From positions 10,629 to 74,628 of the forward strand of contig JBAZQY010000002.1 of NCBI GenBank assembly GCA_041663185.1: a stretch of 64,000 nt of DNA, in the 5' to 3' direction. Positions 44,376 through 55,401 of this stretch are shown in pieces. The translations under genes were made by a program, and so were the position numbers. The notes beneath the pieces were generated by a model that saw only the letters and a list, made by a program, of their open reading frames with translations, did not search any database and was not told where the DNA came from. This stretch comes from Minisyncoccota bacterium. Lineage in GTDB: Bacteria > Patescibacteriota > Minisyncoccia > Phycocordibacterales > UBA9973. Position 1 is the stretch's first letter, and each line of letters opens with the position of its first letter.

Positions 44376-45350
44376 ATGTTTGTTCATAAATATAACAATA
44401 TCATATCAATCGAAAATCTCCTTATGACTTGGGAGCGTTTTCTTCGTGGAAAACGCAAAAAGAAAGATGTGATAATCTTTCAATCAAAACTTTCTGATAA
44501 TATAAACGATTTATATAATCTTCTTCAAACAAGAACATATATTCATGGCGAGTACTCAGCCTTTAATGTTTCAGACCCAAAACCGAGGAATATTCACAAG
44601 GCGACAGTTCGCGATAGGCTTTTACACCATTTGATTTACAAAGAATTATATCCGTATTTTGATACTAGATTTATTTATGATTCGTACTCGTGTAGAAAAA
44701 ATAAAGGAACACACAAAGCACTAGACCGATTTCGATTTTTTGCAAGGAAAGTTTCAAAAAATAATACCAGAACTTGCTATGTATTAAAAGGAGACATAAA
44801 AAAGTTTTTTGCAAGCATTAATCATGATGTTTTACGCTCAATTCTCGGACGGCATATTGAAAACAAAGAGATACTCTGGTTAATCAACCAGGTCATTAAA
44901 AGTTTTCATACAACAAATGAAGGTATCGGCTTACCACTCGGAAATCTAACCTCTCAACTTTTAGTAAATATATATATGCATGAATTTGATATGTTTGTAA
45001 AACAGGAACTTCGAGTGAAATATTATATTCGTTATGCTGACGACTTTGCAATTTTTTCAGACAGTAATAAATATCTGGAAGAATTGCTTCCTAAGATGGA
45101 AATATTTTTGAATGAAAAAATGAAATTGAAACTTCACGAAAACAAAGTGTATATCAAAACTTATGCTTCGGGAGTAGATTTTTTAGGCTGGATTCATTTT
45201 CCATATCATCGACAAATACGAACAAGTACAAAAAGAAAAATAATCAGAAAATTGAAAGGTTATCCCAAACCAGAAACGATAAACTCATATCATGGATTAT
45301 TAGGGCATGGAAATACTTATAAACTTAGGAAAAAGGTGAAAATTAATTAA
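44376..45350 (+). CDS. DGR-type reverse transcriptase (no maturase/endonuclease domain)
   Basis: RT motifs 1-7 including IRYADDFAIF (YxDD). Motif 4 GLPLGNLTSQ is the GxxxSQ hallmark of DGR RTs. 324 aa. Confidence 0.8.
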   Translation: MFVHKYNNIISIENLLMTWERFLRGKRKKKDVIIFQSKLSDNINDLYNLLQTRTYIHGEYSAFNVSDPKPRNIHKATVRDRLLHHLIYKELYPYFDTRFIYDSYSCRKNKGTHKALDRFRFFARKVSKNNTRTCYVLKGDIKKFFASINHDVLRSILGRHIENKEILWLINQVIKSFHTTNEGIGLPLGNLTSQLLVNIYMHEFDMFVKQELRVKYYIRYADDFAIFSDSNKYLEELLPKMEIFLNEKMKLKLHENKVYIKTYASGVDFLGWIHFPYHRQIRTSTKRKIIRKLKGYPKPETINSYHGLLGHGNTYKLRKKVKIN

Positions 45351-45457
45351 TGGAATTTTATTATTGCATACTGAAATATAAATATGTTATAATATAAATA
45401 GAGCAGTCGTAGTCGGTACACTGCACAGATTTTAAGAGAATAATACTAAAAGATAAT

Positions 45458-45787
45458 ATGGCAGACGATAAAGCATTTTTAGAGTATATTGTAAAAGCAT
45501 TGGTTGATTATCCAGACGATGTGAAAATCGACCGCACAGTCGACGAGATGGGAGTACTCATAACTATGACCGTTAATGGTGCAGATATGGGTAAAATTAT
45601 TGGTCGTCAGGGAAACACAGCAAAGGCAATCCGAACACTCTTGCGAGTTATTGGTATGAAGAATAATGCTCGAGTTAACCTAAAGATTAACGAACCAGAA
45701 GGTGGAAAAGTAGAGGCTCCTTCAGAAAATGGAGAATCAGCATCCAAATCAGTGGACTCAGCCCTCGAAGACTTAAAGGGAATATAA
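45458..45787 (+). CDS. khpA: KH-domain RNA-binding protein (KhpA/YlqC-like, UPF0109)
   Basis: YIVKALVDYPDDVKID...MGKIIGRQGNTAKAIRTLLRVIG is a KH GxxG loop. Position between rpsP and trmD matches the conserved operon. Confidence 0.7.
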   Translation: MADDKAFLEYIVKALVDYPDDVKIDRTVDEMGVLITMTVNGADMGKIIGRQGNTAKAIRTLLRVIGMKNNARVNLKINEPEGGKVEAPSENGESASKSVDSALEDLKGI

Positions 45788-45794
45788 TTGAAAT

Positions 45795-45834
45795 AAAGAA
45801 AACGACCTCTACTGAGGTCGTTTTCTTTATTTTA
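45795..45834 (+). terminator. strong hairpin terminator after khpA
   Basis: AAAGAAAACGACCTC-tact-GAGGTCGTTTTCTTT 15-bp perfect stem, then ATTTTAT. Confidence 0.55.
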
Positions 45835-45849
45835 TGGTATAGTAGTTTT

Positions 45850-46521
45850 ATGAATTTCTATGTCATTACACTTTTTCCAGAAATGTTTAACTCATATTTA
45901 AATGAGTCGATTTTGGGACGGGCTATCAAAAACAAAAAGATAAAAATAACCTTTGTAAATCCTCGACAATTTGTCACTGGTAAATACAAGAAGGTCTGGC
46001 CAGACGGAAATATTTCAGCACAAGTAGATGACCGTCCATATGCTGGTGGACCTGGAATGGTCATGAGAGCTGAACCGATCATTAAAGCAGTGGAATCTAT
46101 AACAAAAAAAAATAAAAGCAAAAAGTTTTTGGTTATTAATTTTATTCCAACTGCTCCCAAATTTGATACTAAGATGGCTAAAAATATCGGAGTTAAGTAC
46201 ACCGATGTTATTATGATTTGTGGTAGATATGAAGGGATAGATGCACGAGTAGATAAAATCCTGAAAACAAAAAAAATTTCAATAGGGGATTATGTTCTAA
46301 CTGGCGGAGAAATACCGGCGATGGTTTTAATTGATTCCATCTCTCGTCAAGTAGAAGGAGTATTAGGAAATTTTGATTCTCGTGAAGAAGAAAGAGTTTC
46401 TTCAAGCGAAGTCTACACCCGCCCAGAAATCATAGAGCATAAAGGTAAAAAGTATAAAGTCCCCAAAGTCTTACTTGGAGGAGATCATAAAAAAATAGAA
46501 AATTGGAAAAAGAGTAAGTAG
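45850..46521 (+). CDS. trmD: tRNA (guanine37-N1)-methyltransferase
   Basis: MNFYVITLFPEMF, ICGRYEGIDARV and SIGDYVLTGGEIPAMVLIDSISR SPOUT knot motifs. Confidence 0.9.
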   Translation: MNFYVITLFPEMFNSYLNESILGRAIKNKKIKITFVNPRQFVTGKYKKVWPDGNISAQVDDRPYAGGPGMVMRAEPIIKAVESITKKNKSKKFLVINFIPTAPKFDTKMAKNIGVKYTDVIMICGRYEGIDARVDKILKTKKISIGDYVLTGGEIPAMVLIDSISRQVEGVLGNFDSREEERVSSSEVYTRPEIIEHKGKKYKVPKVLLGGDHKKIENWKKSK

Positions 46522-46725
46522 TGGGGATAAATCCCTTGACAATTAATTGTTTTCGTATATACTTACCCCCAGATTGAATAGATTGAGTCATGGCAAATCA
46601 ATCCTCGTTTTTGGTTCATAAGCTTTTAGAACTGTGTTAAAAAACAATATTGCCATTATAAATAGAAAATAATACCAGAGTTTGGTCGCTCCGGTTTTTT
46701 CTCGTTTTGTATTTTTAATATTATT

Positions 46726-49700
46726 ATGAAAAAAACAGCTATACGTCCTAAGAAGTATTTTGCACGCTATAAGAAGCCACTAGTTCCGTTTCCTAATTTG
46801 ATTGAAAATCAACTAGTTTCTTTTAACTGGCTGATTGAGAGTGGACTTAAGGAAGTCTTCAAAGAATTTTCTCCGATTAATGATTACTCAGAAAAGAAAT
46901 TTCAATTAGATTTCACTTCTTTTACATTAAGTGAACCAAAATTTGACGAAGAATATACAAAGATAAATAAACTAACTTACGAAGGAGGACTTAAGGCTCG
47001 AGTTAAACTTTTAAACAAAGGCATTGGGACTTCAAAAGAACAGGAAATTTTTATGGCGGATGTTCCGTTAATGACCAAACACGGAACATTTATCATTAAT
47101 GGAGTTGAACGTGTTATTGTGCCACAGCTCACCAGAAGTTTTGGAGTATTTTTTACTGAACAGGAATTAAAAGGCAAAAGATATTTTGGAGCAAAAATAA
47201 TTCCAGCTCGTGGGGTTTGGATAGAAATTGAATCAGACACTGATGGCGCTGTTTATGTACGAGTAGATAAAAAACGAAAGTTTTCAGTTACTTCACTTTT
47301 GCGAGTACTGGGGCTTGATAAAGATGAAGCAATAATTAAGGCTTTTGATAAGTCTGCCTCGATTGAAGGTGGCAATGAAGAAGCGCTTAAAACCATTAAA
47401 ATTTCTCTTGAAAAAGATCCAGCTAAAACAGCTCAAGATTCGTTTATAGAGATATACAAACGTCTTCGTGATGGTGATTTAGCTACCGCCGAAAATGCTA
47501 GAGATTTTATCACAGCCTTACTTTCAAATGAGAGATATGATCTTTCGCCAGTTGGGAGATTTCGTTTCAATAAACGTTTTGAAAAGAATATGGACGACAA
47601 AGAAATGGAACGCCGTACGATTTCAGCTGATGATATTATAACTATTGTGAATAATATAGTGTTACTAAATAATACTCCTCATGCTAAGGCTGATGATATT
47701 GATCACTTGGGTCAACGTCGCGTTCGCTATGTGGGAGAAATGATTCAACAAAAGTTTCGGATGGGGATGTCTCAAATCAAAAGAAACATTCAAGATAGAA
47801 TGTCGACCATTGATGTCGGGACGACTCTCCCTGTTCAAATAATAAATCAACGTCCTCTTCAGGCTCGCATAAAAGAATTTTTCACAGCCAATCAGCTTTC
47901 ACAATTTATGAACCAAGAAAACGTCATGGCAGAACTTGAACATCTTCGCCGTCTCTCAGCCCTAGGTCCAGGAGGACTAACTCGTGAACGAGCAGGACTT
48001 GAAGTTCGTGACGTTCACACTTCTCATTATGGACGAGTTTGTCCAATCCATACTCCAGAAGGTCCAAACATTGGATTAATTTTAAATCTTTCGACCTATG
48101 CCAAAATCAATGAATTTGGAATTATTGAAACTCCTTATGTTAAAGTTAAAAACGGTAAAATTACAAGTGAAGTAGTTTACCTAAATGCGCTGGAAGAAGA
48201 GAAATATAACATTGCTCACGCTGGGATTGATTATGATGAAAAAGGGAATATAAAAGAAGATAAAGTAGAAGCACGTCTAAAAACAAAACCAGGATTGATT
48301 TCAAAAAATGAGATTGATTTTATCGATGTGGCGACTAACCAAGCTTTCTCTATTGCAACCTCGATGATTCCATTCTTAGAGCATGATGATGCACACCGAA
48401 CACTCATGGGATCAAACATGCAAAAGCAGGCTCTTCCATGTGTTCTTCCCGAAGCGCCACTTGTCGCAACTGGCATGGAAGAGTTAGCAAGTCGTGATTC
48501 TGGACGTTTGGTGATATCTCCAGTTCATGGTGTTGTCTCATATGTTGATGCTAAAAAAGTAACAGTTAAAGATGATAAGGGGAAGGAGCATGTCTATCCT
48601 CTCATCAACTTTTCTCGTACTAATAATTTCTCAATGTTCCATCAACGACCTAGTGTTTCTATGGGAGATAAGGTAAAGAAGGGAGATATCTTAGCTGATA
48701 CAAGTACGACCGAGAATGGACAAATTGCTCTAGGGCAGAATGTCCTTGTTGGATTTATGTCTTGGGGCGGAGCCAACTACGAAGATGCGATAATTCTTTC
48801 TGAAAAGTTAGTAAAAAATAGTAAATTTACAAGTATTTATGTAACAGAGTTTATTTGTAATGTTCGAGACACCAAGCTTGGTCCTGAGATAACTACTCGT
48901 GATATTCCAAATGTTGGAGAAAATAAATTAAAAGATCTTGATGAAGATGGAATTATAATTGTCGGAGCCGAAGTTAAAGAGAATGATATTCTTGTTGGTA
49001 AAATTACTCCAAAAGGAGAAACAGAACTTACTCCTGAGGAAAGATTACTTCGCTCAATCTTCACTGAAAAAGCTCGTGACGTCAAAGATACGTCACTTCG
49101 TCTTGAACACGGGAAACAAGGTAGAATTATTGGAGTAAAAATTTTCTCACGCGACCAAGGTCACAATCTTGAGTCAGGTATTATAAAAAGAATAGTTGTT
49201 GAAATTGCACAAATAAGAAATATTTCTATTGGAGATAAGTTGGCTGGACGTCACGGTAACAAAGGTGTCATCTCGGTTATTTTACCAGAAGAAGAAATGC
49301 CATTCATGGCTGATGGGACTTCTATAGATATTATACTTACTCCACTTGGAGTCCCTTCTCGTATGAACTTGGGGCAAATTCTTGAAATGCATTTAGGTTA
49401 TGCTGCTCATACTCTCGACTATCAGGCGATTGTTCCACCATTTTCATCCGCGACAGTCCCTGAAATAAAAGCTGAGCTTGTAAAAGCTGGACTTCCAGAG
49501 AGTGGAAAAGTTACTCTTTATGATGGACGCACTGGAGATGCCTTTGATCAAGATGTAGCTATTGGATATATGTATATGCTCAAACTTCACCACATGGTTG
49601 AAGATAAATTACACATGCGTTCTATCGGACCTTACTCACTTATCACTCAACAACCTTTGGGTGGAAAAGCCCAGGGTGGAGGACAACGCTTCGGAGAAAT

Positions 49701-49920
49701 GGAGGTTTGGGCACTTGAAGGTCATGGCGCCGCTTATACTCTTCGTGAAATGTTAACAATTAAGTCTGATGATATCATTGGTCGTTCACAGACATTTGAT
49801 GCCATTATTAAAGGTCACCCAATTGGTGAACCAAATGTTCCTGCTTCCTTTAATGTTTTACTCAATTACTTACGCGGGCTTGCTCTTGATGTCGATCTTA
49901 AAAAGCTGGGGAATGATTAA
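46726..49920 (+). CDS. rpoB: DNA-directed RNA polymerase subunit beta
   Basis: Full-length collinear conserved blocks (rif region, GEMEVWALEGHGAAYTL and others). Confidence 0.95.
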   Translation: MKKTAIRPKKYFARYKKPLVPFPNLIENQLVSFNWLIESGLKEVFKEFSPINDYSEKKFQLDFTSFTLSEPKFDEEYTKINKLTYEGGLKARVKLLNKGIGTSKEQEIFMADVPLMTKHGTFIINGVERVIVPQLTRSFGVFFTEQELKGKRYFGAKIIPARGVWIEIESDTDGAVYVRVDKKRKFSVTSLLRVLGLDKDEAIIKAFDKSASIEGGNEEALKTIKISLEKDPAKTAQDSFIEIYKRLRDGDLATAENARDFITALLSNERYDLSPVGRFRFNKRFEKNMDDKEMERRTISADDIITIVNNIVLLNNTPHAKADDIDHLGQRRVRYVGEMIQQKFRMGMSQIKRNIQDRMSTIDVGTTLPVQIINQRPLQARIKEFFTANQLSQFMNQENVMAELEHLRRLSALGPGGLTRERAGLEVRDVHTSHYGRVCPIHTPEGPNIGLILNLSTYAKINEFGIIETPYVKVKNGKITSEVVYLNALEEEKYNIAHAGIDYDEKGNIKEDKVEARLKTKPGLISKNEIDFIDVATNQAFSIATSMIPFLEHDDAHRTLMGSNMQKQALPCVLPEAPLVATGMEELASRDSGRLVISPVHGVVSYVDAKKVTVKDDKGKEHVYPLINFSRTNNFSMFHQRPSVSMGDKVKKGDILADTSTTENGQIALGQNVLVGFMSWGGANYEDAIILSEKLVKNSKFTSIYVTEFICNVRDTKLGPEITTRDIPNVGENKLKDLDEDGIIIVGAEVKENDILVGKITPKGETELTPEERLLRSIFTEKARDVKDTSLRLEHGKQGRIIGVKIFSRDQGHNLESGIIKRIVVEIAQIRNISIGDKLAGRHGNKGVISVILPEEEMPFMADGTSIDIILTPLGVPSRMNLGQILEMHLGYAAHTLDYQAIVPPFSSATVPEIKAELVKAGLPESGKVTLYDGRTGDAFDQDVAIGYMYMLKLHHMVEDKLHMRSIGPYSLITQQPLGGKAQGGGQRFGEMEVWALEGHGAAYTLREMLTIKSDDIIGRSQTFDAIIKGHPIGEPNVPASFNVLLNYLRGLALDVDLKKLGND

Positions 49921-49940
49921 TAGCTAAAATATCTAAAATT

Positions 49941-52900
49941 ATGAAAACAATTGATACAACAAATTTTGATTCCATAGTGTTAAAACTCGCTTCTCCAGAA
50001 AACATTTTGGAATGGTCATATGGAGAAGTCACAAAACCAGAAACGATAAACTATCGTACTGGCCGATCAGAGAGAAGCGGTTTATTTGATGAAAGAATTT
50101 TTGGACCAGAAAAAGATTATGAATGTTATTGTGGTAAATATAGGCGCATCAGATATAAAGATATTATCTGCGAAAAATGTGGAGTGGAAGTTACACGCTC
50201 GATTGTTCGTCGTGAACGCATGGGGCATATTGAACTTTCGAGTCCTGTGGCTCATATCTGGTTCTTGCGCGGAGTGCCATCTCGTATGTCGGTGCTTCTC
50301 AATATACCAGTTAGTGATTTGGAAAAGGTCATATACTTTGCTGGTTATATAATTACAAACGTCTATCAAGAAGAAAAAGATGTAATTATTAAAAATCTGG
50401 AAAGTGAATTCAAATCAAAACTTAAAAATACGAATGATGAAGAGTCTAAAGATAAACTCAAGGAACTCTTATTAAATACAAAAAGAGAAATTGCCGAAAT
50501 TGCTCCCGGGAAGGTTTTAAATGAGATTGCTTATCATCACTTTGGGTTGAAATATGGTAGTTGTTTTGAAGCAAGTATTGGAGCTGAAGCTATATTTACA
50601 CTTTTTAAAAATATGAATTTAGAGAAGCTTAAAGGAGAAACTGAAAATGCAATTCCGAAAGCTTCAAGTATTGATCGTGAGAAACTTGAAAAGAAATTAT
50701 CTCTTATTCGTTCGATGATTCACTCAGGTATTCGTCCAGAGTGGATGTTCTTAACGGTAATTCCAATTATTCCACCAGCTTTGCGTCCAATGGTTGCTCT
50801 TGATGGTGGACGCCATGCGACTTCTGATTTGAATGATTTATATCGCAGGGTTATTAATCGTAATAATCGATTGAAAAAGTTAAAAGAAATCGGAGCACCT
50901 GACGTTATTCTTCGAAACGAAAAACGTATTCTACAAGAAGCAGTAGATGCTCTTATCGATAATTCGATTGCTAAGCAAAACGATTCACAAGCTATCTCTT
51001 CGTCTCAGAAACGGGCTCTTAAATCTTTGTCAGATAATTTGAAATCAAAGCAAGGATTGTTCCGACAGAATTTACTTGGTAAGCGTGTGGACTATTCAGG
51101 GCGTTCGGTTATTGTGGTTGGTCCAAATCTTAAATTAAATCAATGTGGATTACCTAAACATATGGTTCTTGAACTTTTCAAACCATTTGTAATTTCGAAA
51201 GTTCTTGAGACAGAGCTAGCCTTTAATATTCGTGGAGCTAATCGTTTAATAGAAGAAGGAGTTCCAGAAGTTTGGGCAATTCTTGAAGAAGTCATTAAAG
51301 GAAAATATGTTCTTCTTAACCGTGCGCCGACTCTTCACCGTCTTGGAATTCAAGCCTTCAATCCAATTTTAATTGAAGGAAATGCTATTCAGGTTCACCC
51401 ACTTGTTTGTGCTGGATTCAACGCTGACTTCGATGGAGACCAAATGGCGGTTTATGTACCACTTTCTGATATGGCGCAGATGGAAGCTCGCGAATACATG
51501 GCTTCAAATAAAAACTTACTCAAGCCACAAGATGGTTCACCGATCGTCATGCCAAAGATGGATATTATTCTTGGTTGTTATTGGATGACCAAATCAGTAT
51601 CTGGAGAGAAAGGAGAGGGAATGTCATTTGCAAATCCTAATCAAGCAATTACCGCATTTGATTTGGGGGTTATTACTTTCCGGGCAAAAATTAAAGTTCT
51701 TGGTAGTGATAAACCACGATATAAAATTTTTGAAGATAAACCGTTTGAAACAACTGTGGGCAGATTATTCTTTAATAGTATTTTCCCAGATGATTTCCCA
51801 TACATGAACGAAGAGATAAACATTAAAAGAATGTCTCTCCTTGTTGATGAACTTATTGTTCACTGTGGGATAGATGATACTCCAAAAGTTTTGGATAAAA
51901 TTAAAGATTTTGGATATCATTATGCAACTTACTCCGGAGTTACTTGGGGTATTGATAATGTTAAAGTTCCCGTTGGAAAAGCTGAAATAGTAAAGAAATT
52001 CCGAAAAGAAGAAGAAGTTGTTCGAGGACAATTTGATGAAGGACTTCTATCTGAAGAAGAACAATACCAAAAAGTTATTGAAATCTGGGAACACGCCAAA
52101 AAAGAAATTGAAAAAATGATTCCCGAAACACTTGATTCAAAAAGTTCGACTTACGATTTAATCACATCAGGAGCCAGAGGAAATATGGGCTCACTTGTTC
52201 AGATGTGTGGAATGAAAGGTTTAATTGTGAATACTTCAGGCGAAACACTCGATTTCCCAATCATTCCTTCATATATTGAAGGCCTATCACCACTTGAATA
52301 CTTCATCACTACTCACGGATCACGTAAGGGTGCGGCTGACACAGCTTTGAATACCGCCAAAGCCGGGTACTTAACTCGTCGTTTGGTTGATGTGGCGCAA
52401 GATGTTGTAATTACCGAAGAAGATTGTGGCACAAAAAATGGTAAAAAAATTGTTGCGGTTGATGGAGTCTTTGCAAAATATATCAATGGCCGAGTTTTGC
52501 TTTCTGATATTAAAGATAGTGAAGGTAAAACTTTATTTAAAAAAGGAGCATTAATTACAAAGGAAAATGCGAGATTCTTAGAGAAATCTGGAATAAAAGA
52601 AGCATATGTCAGAACTCCACTTTCTTGTGAGACGGTTCATGGTATTTGTCGAAATTGTTACGGATTAGATTTAGGTAGAAATTGTATGATAGAGCTTGGT
52701 CAAGCTGTCGGTATTATTGCTGCTCAAGCTATTGGAGAACCGGGAACTCAGTTAACCCTTCGTACTTTCCACGCTGGAGGAGTTGCGACTGTGGATATTA
52801 CGACAGGTCTTCCTCGTGTTGAAGAAATTTTTGAAAGAAGAATTCCTAAAAATCCAGCTATCATTTCAGTTTCTGATGGAGAAGTTGTTGATATAAAAGA

Positions 52901-53582
52901 TGATGGAAAAGAAAAAATTATTAAAGTTCTTTCTGACTTAAAGGGTGATAATAAAATTTCGGCTAAAGGAAAAGCAAGTAATGAAGTCGAATATACAGTT
53001 CCTCCTCGTCGACAAGTTTTAGTAAAACTTGGAGCAAAAGTTAAGAAGGGAGATTTACTTACTGATGGATCGGCCGATATTAATGAGATTGTCAAATATG
53101 CCGGTAAAGAAGTTGCAGAAGAGTATATTGTTGATGAAATTAATAAAGTCTATGACTTGCAAAGTGCTTCAATTTCTAGAAAGCATATTGAAATAATTAT
53201 TCGACAGATGTTCTCTCGAAAGAAAATTAAAGATGCTGGAGATACAACTTTCTCTCCAGGAGAAATAGTTGAAACTATCGAACTTATCGAAGAAAATAAT
53301 CGTATCGCAGAAGAAGGGAATGGTAAAGGAGCTGAAGCTTCCACAATTGTGTTAGGAATTACAGAAGTTTCATTAACAACTAAAAGTTGGTTATCTGCAG
53401 CTTCTTTCCAAAATACGAATAGAGTTTTGATTAATAATGCAATCCGTGGCGGAATTGATAATCTGAGAGGACTTAAAGAAAATGTCATCATCGGGAATCT
53501 TATTCCTGCTGGAACTGGGTTTGGAGTCAAACGCACAAAAGAAATATTAGAGGGACAAGAGGAACAGGCCGATAACTTATAA
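49941..53582 (+). CDS. rpoC: DNA-directed RNA polymerase subunit beta'
   Basis: Zn finger CxxC motifs, NADFDGDQMAV catalytic loop, bridge helix and trigger loop blocks. Confidence 0.95.
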   Translation: MKTIDTTNFDSIVLKLASPENILEWSYGEVTKPETINYRTGRSERSGLFDERIFGPEKDYECYCGKYRRIRYKDIICEKCGVEVTRSIVRRERMGHIELSSPVAHIWFLRGVPSRMSVLLNIPVSDLEKVIYFAGYIITNVYQEEKDVIIKNLESEFKSKLKNTNDEESKDKLKELLLNTKREIAEIAPGKVLNEIAYHHFGLKYGSCFEASIGAEAIFTLFKNMNLEKLKGETENAIPKASSIDREKLEKKLSLIRSMIHSGIRPEWMFLTVIPIIPPALRPMVALDGGRHATSDLNDLYRRVINRNNRLKKLKEIGAPDVILRNEKRILQEAVDALIDNSIAKQNDSQAISSSQKRALKSLSDNLKSKQGLFRQNLLGKRVDYSGRSVIVVGPNLKLNQCGLPKHMVLELFKPFVISKVLETELAFNIRGANRLIEEGVPEVWAILEEVIKGKYVLLNRAPTLHRLGIQAFNPILIEGNAIQVHPLVCAGFNADFDGDQMAVYVPLSDMAQMEAREYMASNKNLLKPQDGSPIVMPKMDIILGCYWMTKSVSGEKGEGMSFANPNQAITAFDLGVITFRAKIKVLGSDKPRYKIFEDKPFETTVGRLFFNSIFPDDFPYMNEEINIKRMSLLVDELIVHCGIDDTPKVLDKIKDFGYHYATYSGVTWGIDNVKVPVGKAEIVKKFRKEEEVVRGQFDEGLLSEEEQYQKVIEIWEHAKKEIEKMIPETLDSKSSTYDLITSGARGNMGSLVQMCGMKGLIVNTSGETLDFPIIPSYIEGLSPLEYFITTHGSRKGAADTALNTAKAGYLTRRLVDVAQDVVITEEDCGTKNGKKIVAVDGVFAKYINGRVLLSDIKDSEGKTLFKKGALITKENARFLEKSGIKEAYVRTPLSCETVHGICRNCYGLDLGRNCMIELGQAVGIIAAQAIGEPGTQLTLRTFHAGGVATVDITTGLPRVEEIFERRIPKNPAIISVSDGEVVDIKDDGKEKIIKVLSDLKGDNKISAKGKASNEVEYTVPPRRQVLVKLGAKVKKGDLLTDGSADINEIVKYAGKEVAEEYIVDEINKVYDLQSASISRKHIEIIIRQMFSRKKIKDAGDTTFSPGEIVETIELIEENNRIAEEGNGKGAEASTIVLGITEVSLTTKSWLSAASFQNTNRVLINNAIRGGIDNLRGLKENVIIGNLIPAGTGFGVKRTKEILEGQEEQADNL

Positions 53583-53606
53583 AATAAATAAGTTGAAAAA
53601 ATAAAT

Positions 53607-55397
53607 ATGCACTCACCTGTGGAGAAAATTAAAGAGAGACTATCTATTGTCGATGTGATTTCTTCATATTTAACACTCGAAAAAGCAGGTAAGAATTATA
53701 AGGCTAAATGTCCATTTCACAACGAGAAAACACCCTCATTTTTTATTTCTCCAGATCGAGGAAGTTATTATTGTTTCGGTTGTAGCGCTAAAGGAGATAT
53801 TTTTTCTTTCGTTGAACATTTTGAGGGTACGAATTTTTTGGGAGCCTTAAAAATTCTTGCTGAACGAGCCGGTATTCCATTATCTCTATATAAAAGTACA
53901 GAGCAAGATAAGACAGAAATCTTTTATAAAATAATGGAAGAAGCAACTTTATTTTTTGAGAAAAATTTTGCAAATAATAAAGAAGCTAGAAGTTATTTAC
54001 TTGGTAGAGGACTAACCGATCAATCAATAGAATCTTTTCGTATTGGTTATGCTAAAGAGTCATGGAGTGATGGGTTAGCTTATTTAAAAAGTAAGGGTTA
54101 TAGAGAAGAGGATATTGAGACTGTTGGTTTGATAAAAAAGAAAGACGATCGATATTATGATCGATTTCGTGGACGAATAATGTTTCCAATAAGTGATTCA
54201 AGTGGACGGGTTATTGCTTTTTCTGGTCGTTTATTTAAACAAATAAATAATGAAAATTCGATTGAAGAAGCTAAATATTTAAATAGTCCCGATACTCCAT
54301 TATTTAATAAATCAAATATTTTATTTGGAATTGATAAAGCCAAGAGTTCTATCAGGAGCCGTGGTTATAGTATCATCGTTGAGGGACAGATGGATCTGAT
54401 ATTATCTCATCAGGCTTCATTTACAAATACAGTAGCAGTTTCCGGAACAGCTTTTACTGATAATACAATAGATAACCCGCTTCGTCGAGACTCCAGCGAG
54501 GCGAGTGAATCAAAAATAAACAGTTTGGGATTAGTTCGTCGATTATCACCCAATATAATTTTTGCTTATGATGGTGATAACGCTGGGATTAGGGCAGCTA
54601 GTCGTTCAGCGATGATTGCCCTTTCGCTTGATATGCAAGTAAAAATAGCGAAATTACCAGAAGATAAGGACCCAGCGGATATAATTTTTGAAGATAGTAA
54701 TCAATGGAAAGATATAATCAAAAATTCCATTAATATAATTAGTTTTCATTTAGATAGAATTTGTAAAGAGACAAATGACATTAGGCAGAGAGGGAAAAAA
54801 ATTAGAGAAATAATTTTCCCATTTCTTGTGATGATTAGTAGTTCGATTGAAAAGTCAGCTTATATAAACGAAATTCATAGTCAAACAGGTATTTCAGAAA
54901 GGGCAATTATTGAAGATTATCAAAAATATGAAAAATCACAAAATATACCTAAAATAGTTTCGGATAAATCAGAAAGTAAAAAAGAAATTATTTCGAGACG
55001 TAATAACTTAGAGAAAAAATTATTTGGTATAATTTTTTGGAAAGGAGCCAATGAAGAACAAGTAAAAGCAATAAATAATTTAAAAAAGTTATTTGAAGAA
55101 GACATAGGAAATCAGAACTTTCAGAAAATCCTTGATATATATGAACCATTTTCGGAAACCTTAGCACTTGAAGCAGAAACATGGTATGACAGTAAAACTG
55201 ATCTACTAGAAAAAGATATGAAGGAAATCGTTCTGAATTTAGAAGAAGAGATACTGCGAGAAGAAGCTAACTCTTTATTAATCAAAATAAATGAACAAGA
55301 ACAAAACAAAAATAAAGATGGTATCAAGGATGATCTTATTAATTATCAAAAAATTGTCGAAAAAATAGAAAATATTAAAGGGCGCCGAACACAATAA
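53607..55397 (+). CDS. dnaG: DNA primase
   Basis: CHC2 zinc finger [43 protein letters not shown] and DGDNAG motifs. Confidence 0.85.
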   Translation: MHSPVEKIKERLSIVDVISSYLTLEKAGKNYKAKCPFHNEKTPSFFISPDRGSYYCFGCSAKGDIFSFVEHFEGTNFLGALKILAERAGIPLSLYKSTEQDKTEIFYKIMEEATLFFEKNFANNKEARSYLLGRGLTDQSIESFRIGYAKESWSDGLAYLKSKGYREEDIETVGLIKKKDDRYYDRFRGRIMFPISDSSGRVIAFSGRLFKQINNENSIEEAKYLNSPDTPLFNKSNILFGIDKAKSSIRSRGYSIIVEGQMDLILSHQASFTNTVAVSGTAFTDNTIDNPLRRDSSEASESKINSLGLVRRLSPNIIFAYDGDNAGIRAASRSAMIALSLDMQVKIAKLPEDKDPADIIFEDSNQWKDIIKNSINIISFHLDRICKETNDIRQRGKKIREIIFPFLVMISSSIEKSAYINEIHSQTGISERAIIEDYQKYEKSQNIPKIVSDKSESKKEIISRRNNLEKKLFGIIFWKGANEEQVKAINNLKKLFEEDIGNQNFQKILDIYEPFSETLALEAETWYDSKTDLLEKDMKEIVLNLEEEILREEANSLLIKINEQEQNKNKDGIKDDLINYQKIVEKIENIKGRRTQ

Positions 55398-55401
55398 ACT
55401 T

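Noticed and set aside
44376-45350. Reverse transcriptase as group II intron or retron
   Set aside because: There is no maturase/X or endonuclease domain and no intron RNA domains V/VI recognisable. The GxxxSQ motif, an adjacent Avd-like gene and the adenine-specific TR/VR pair fit a DGR instead.
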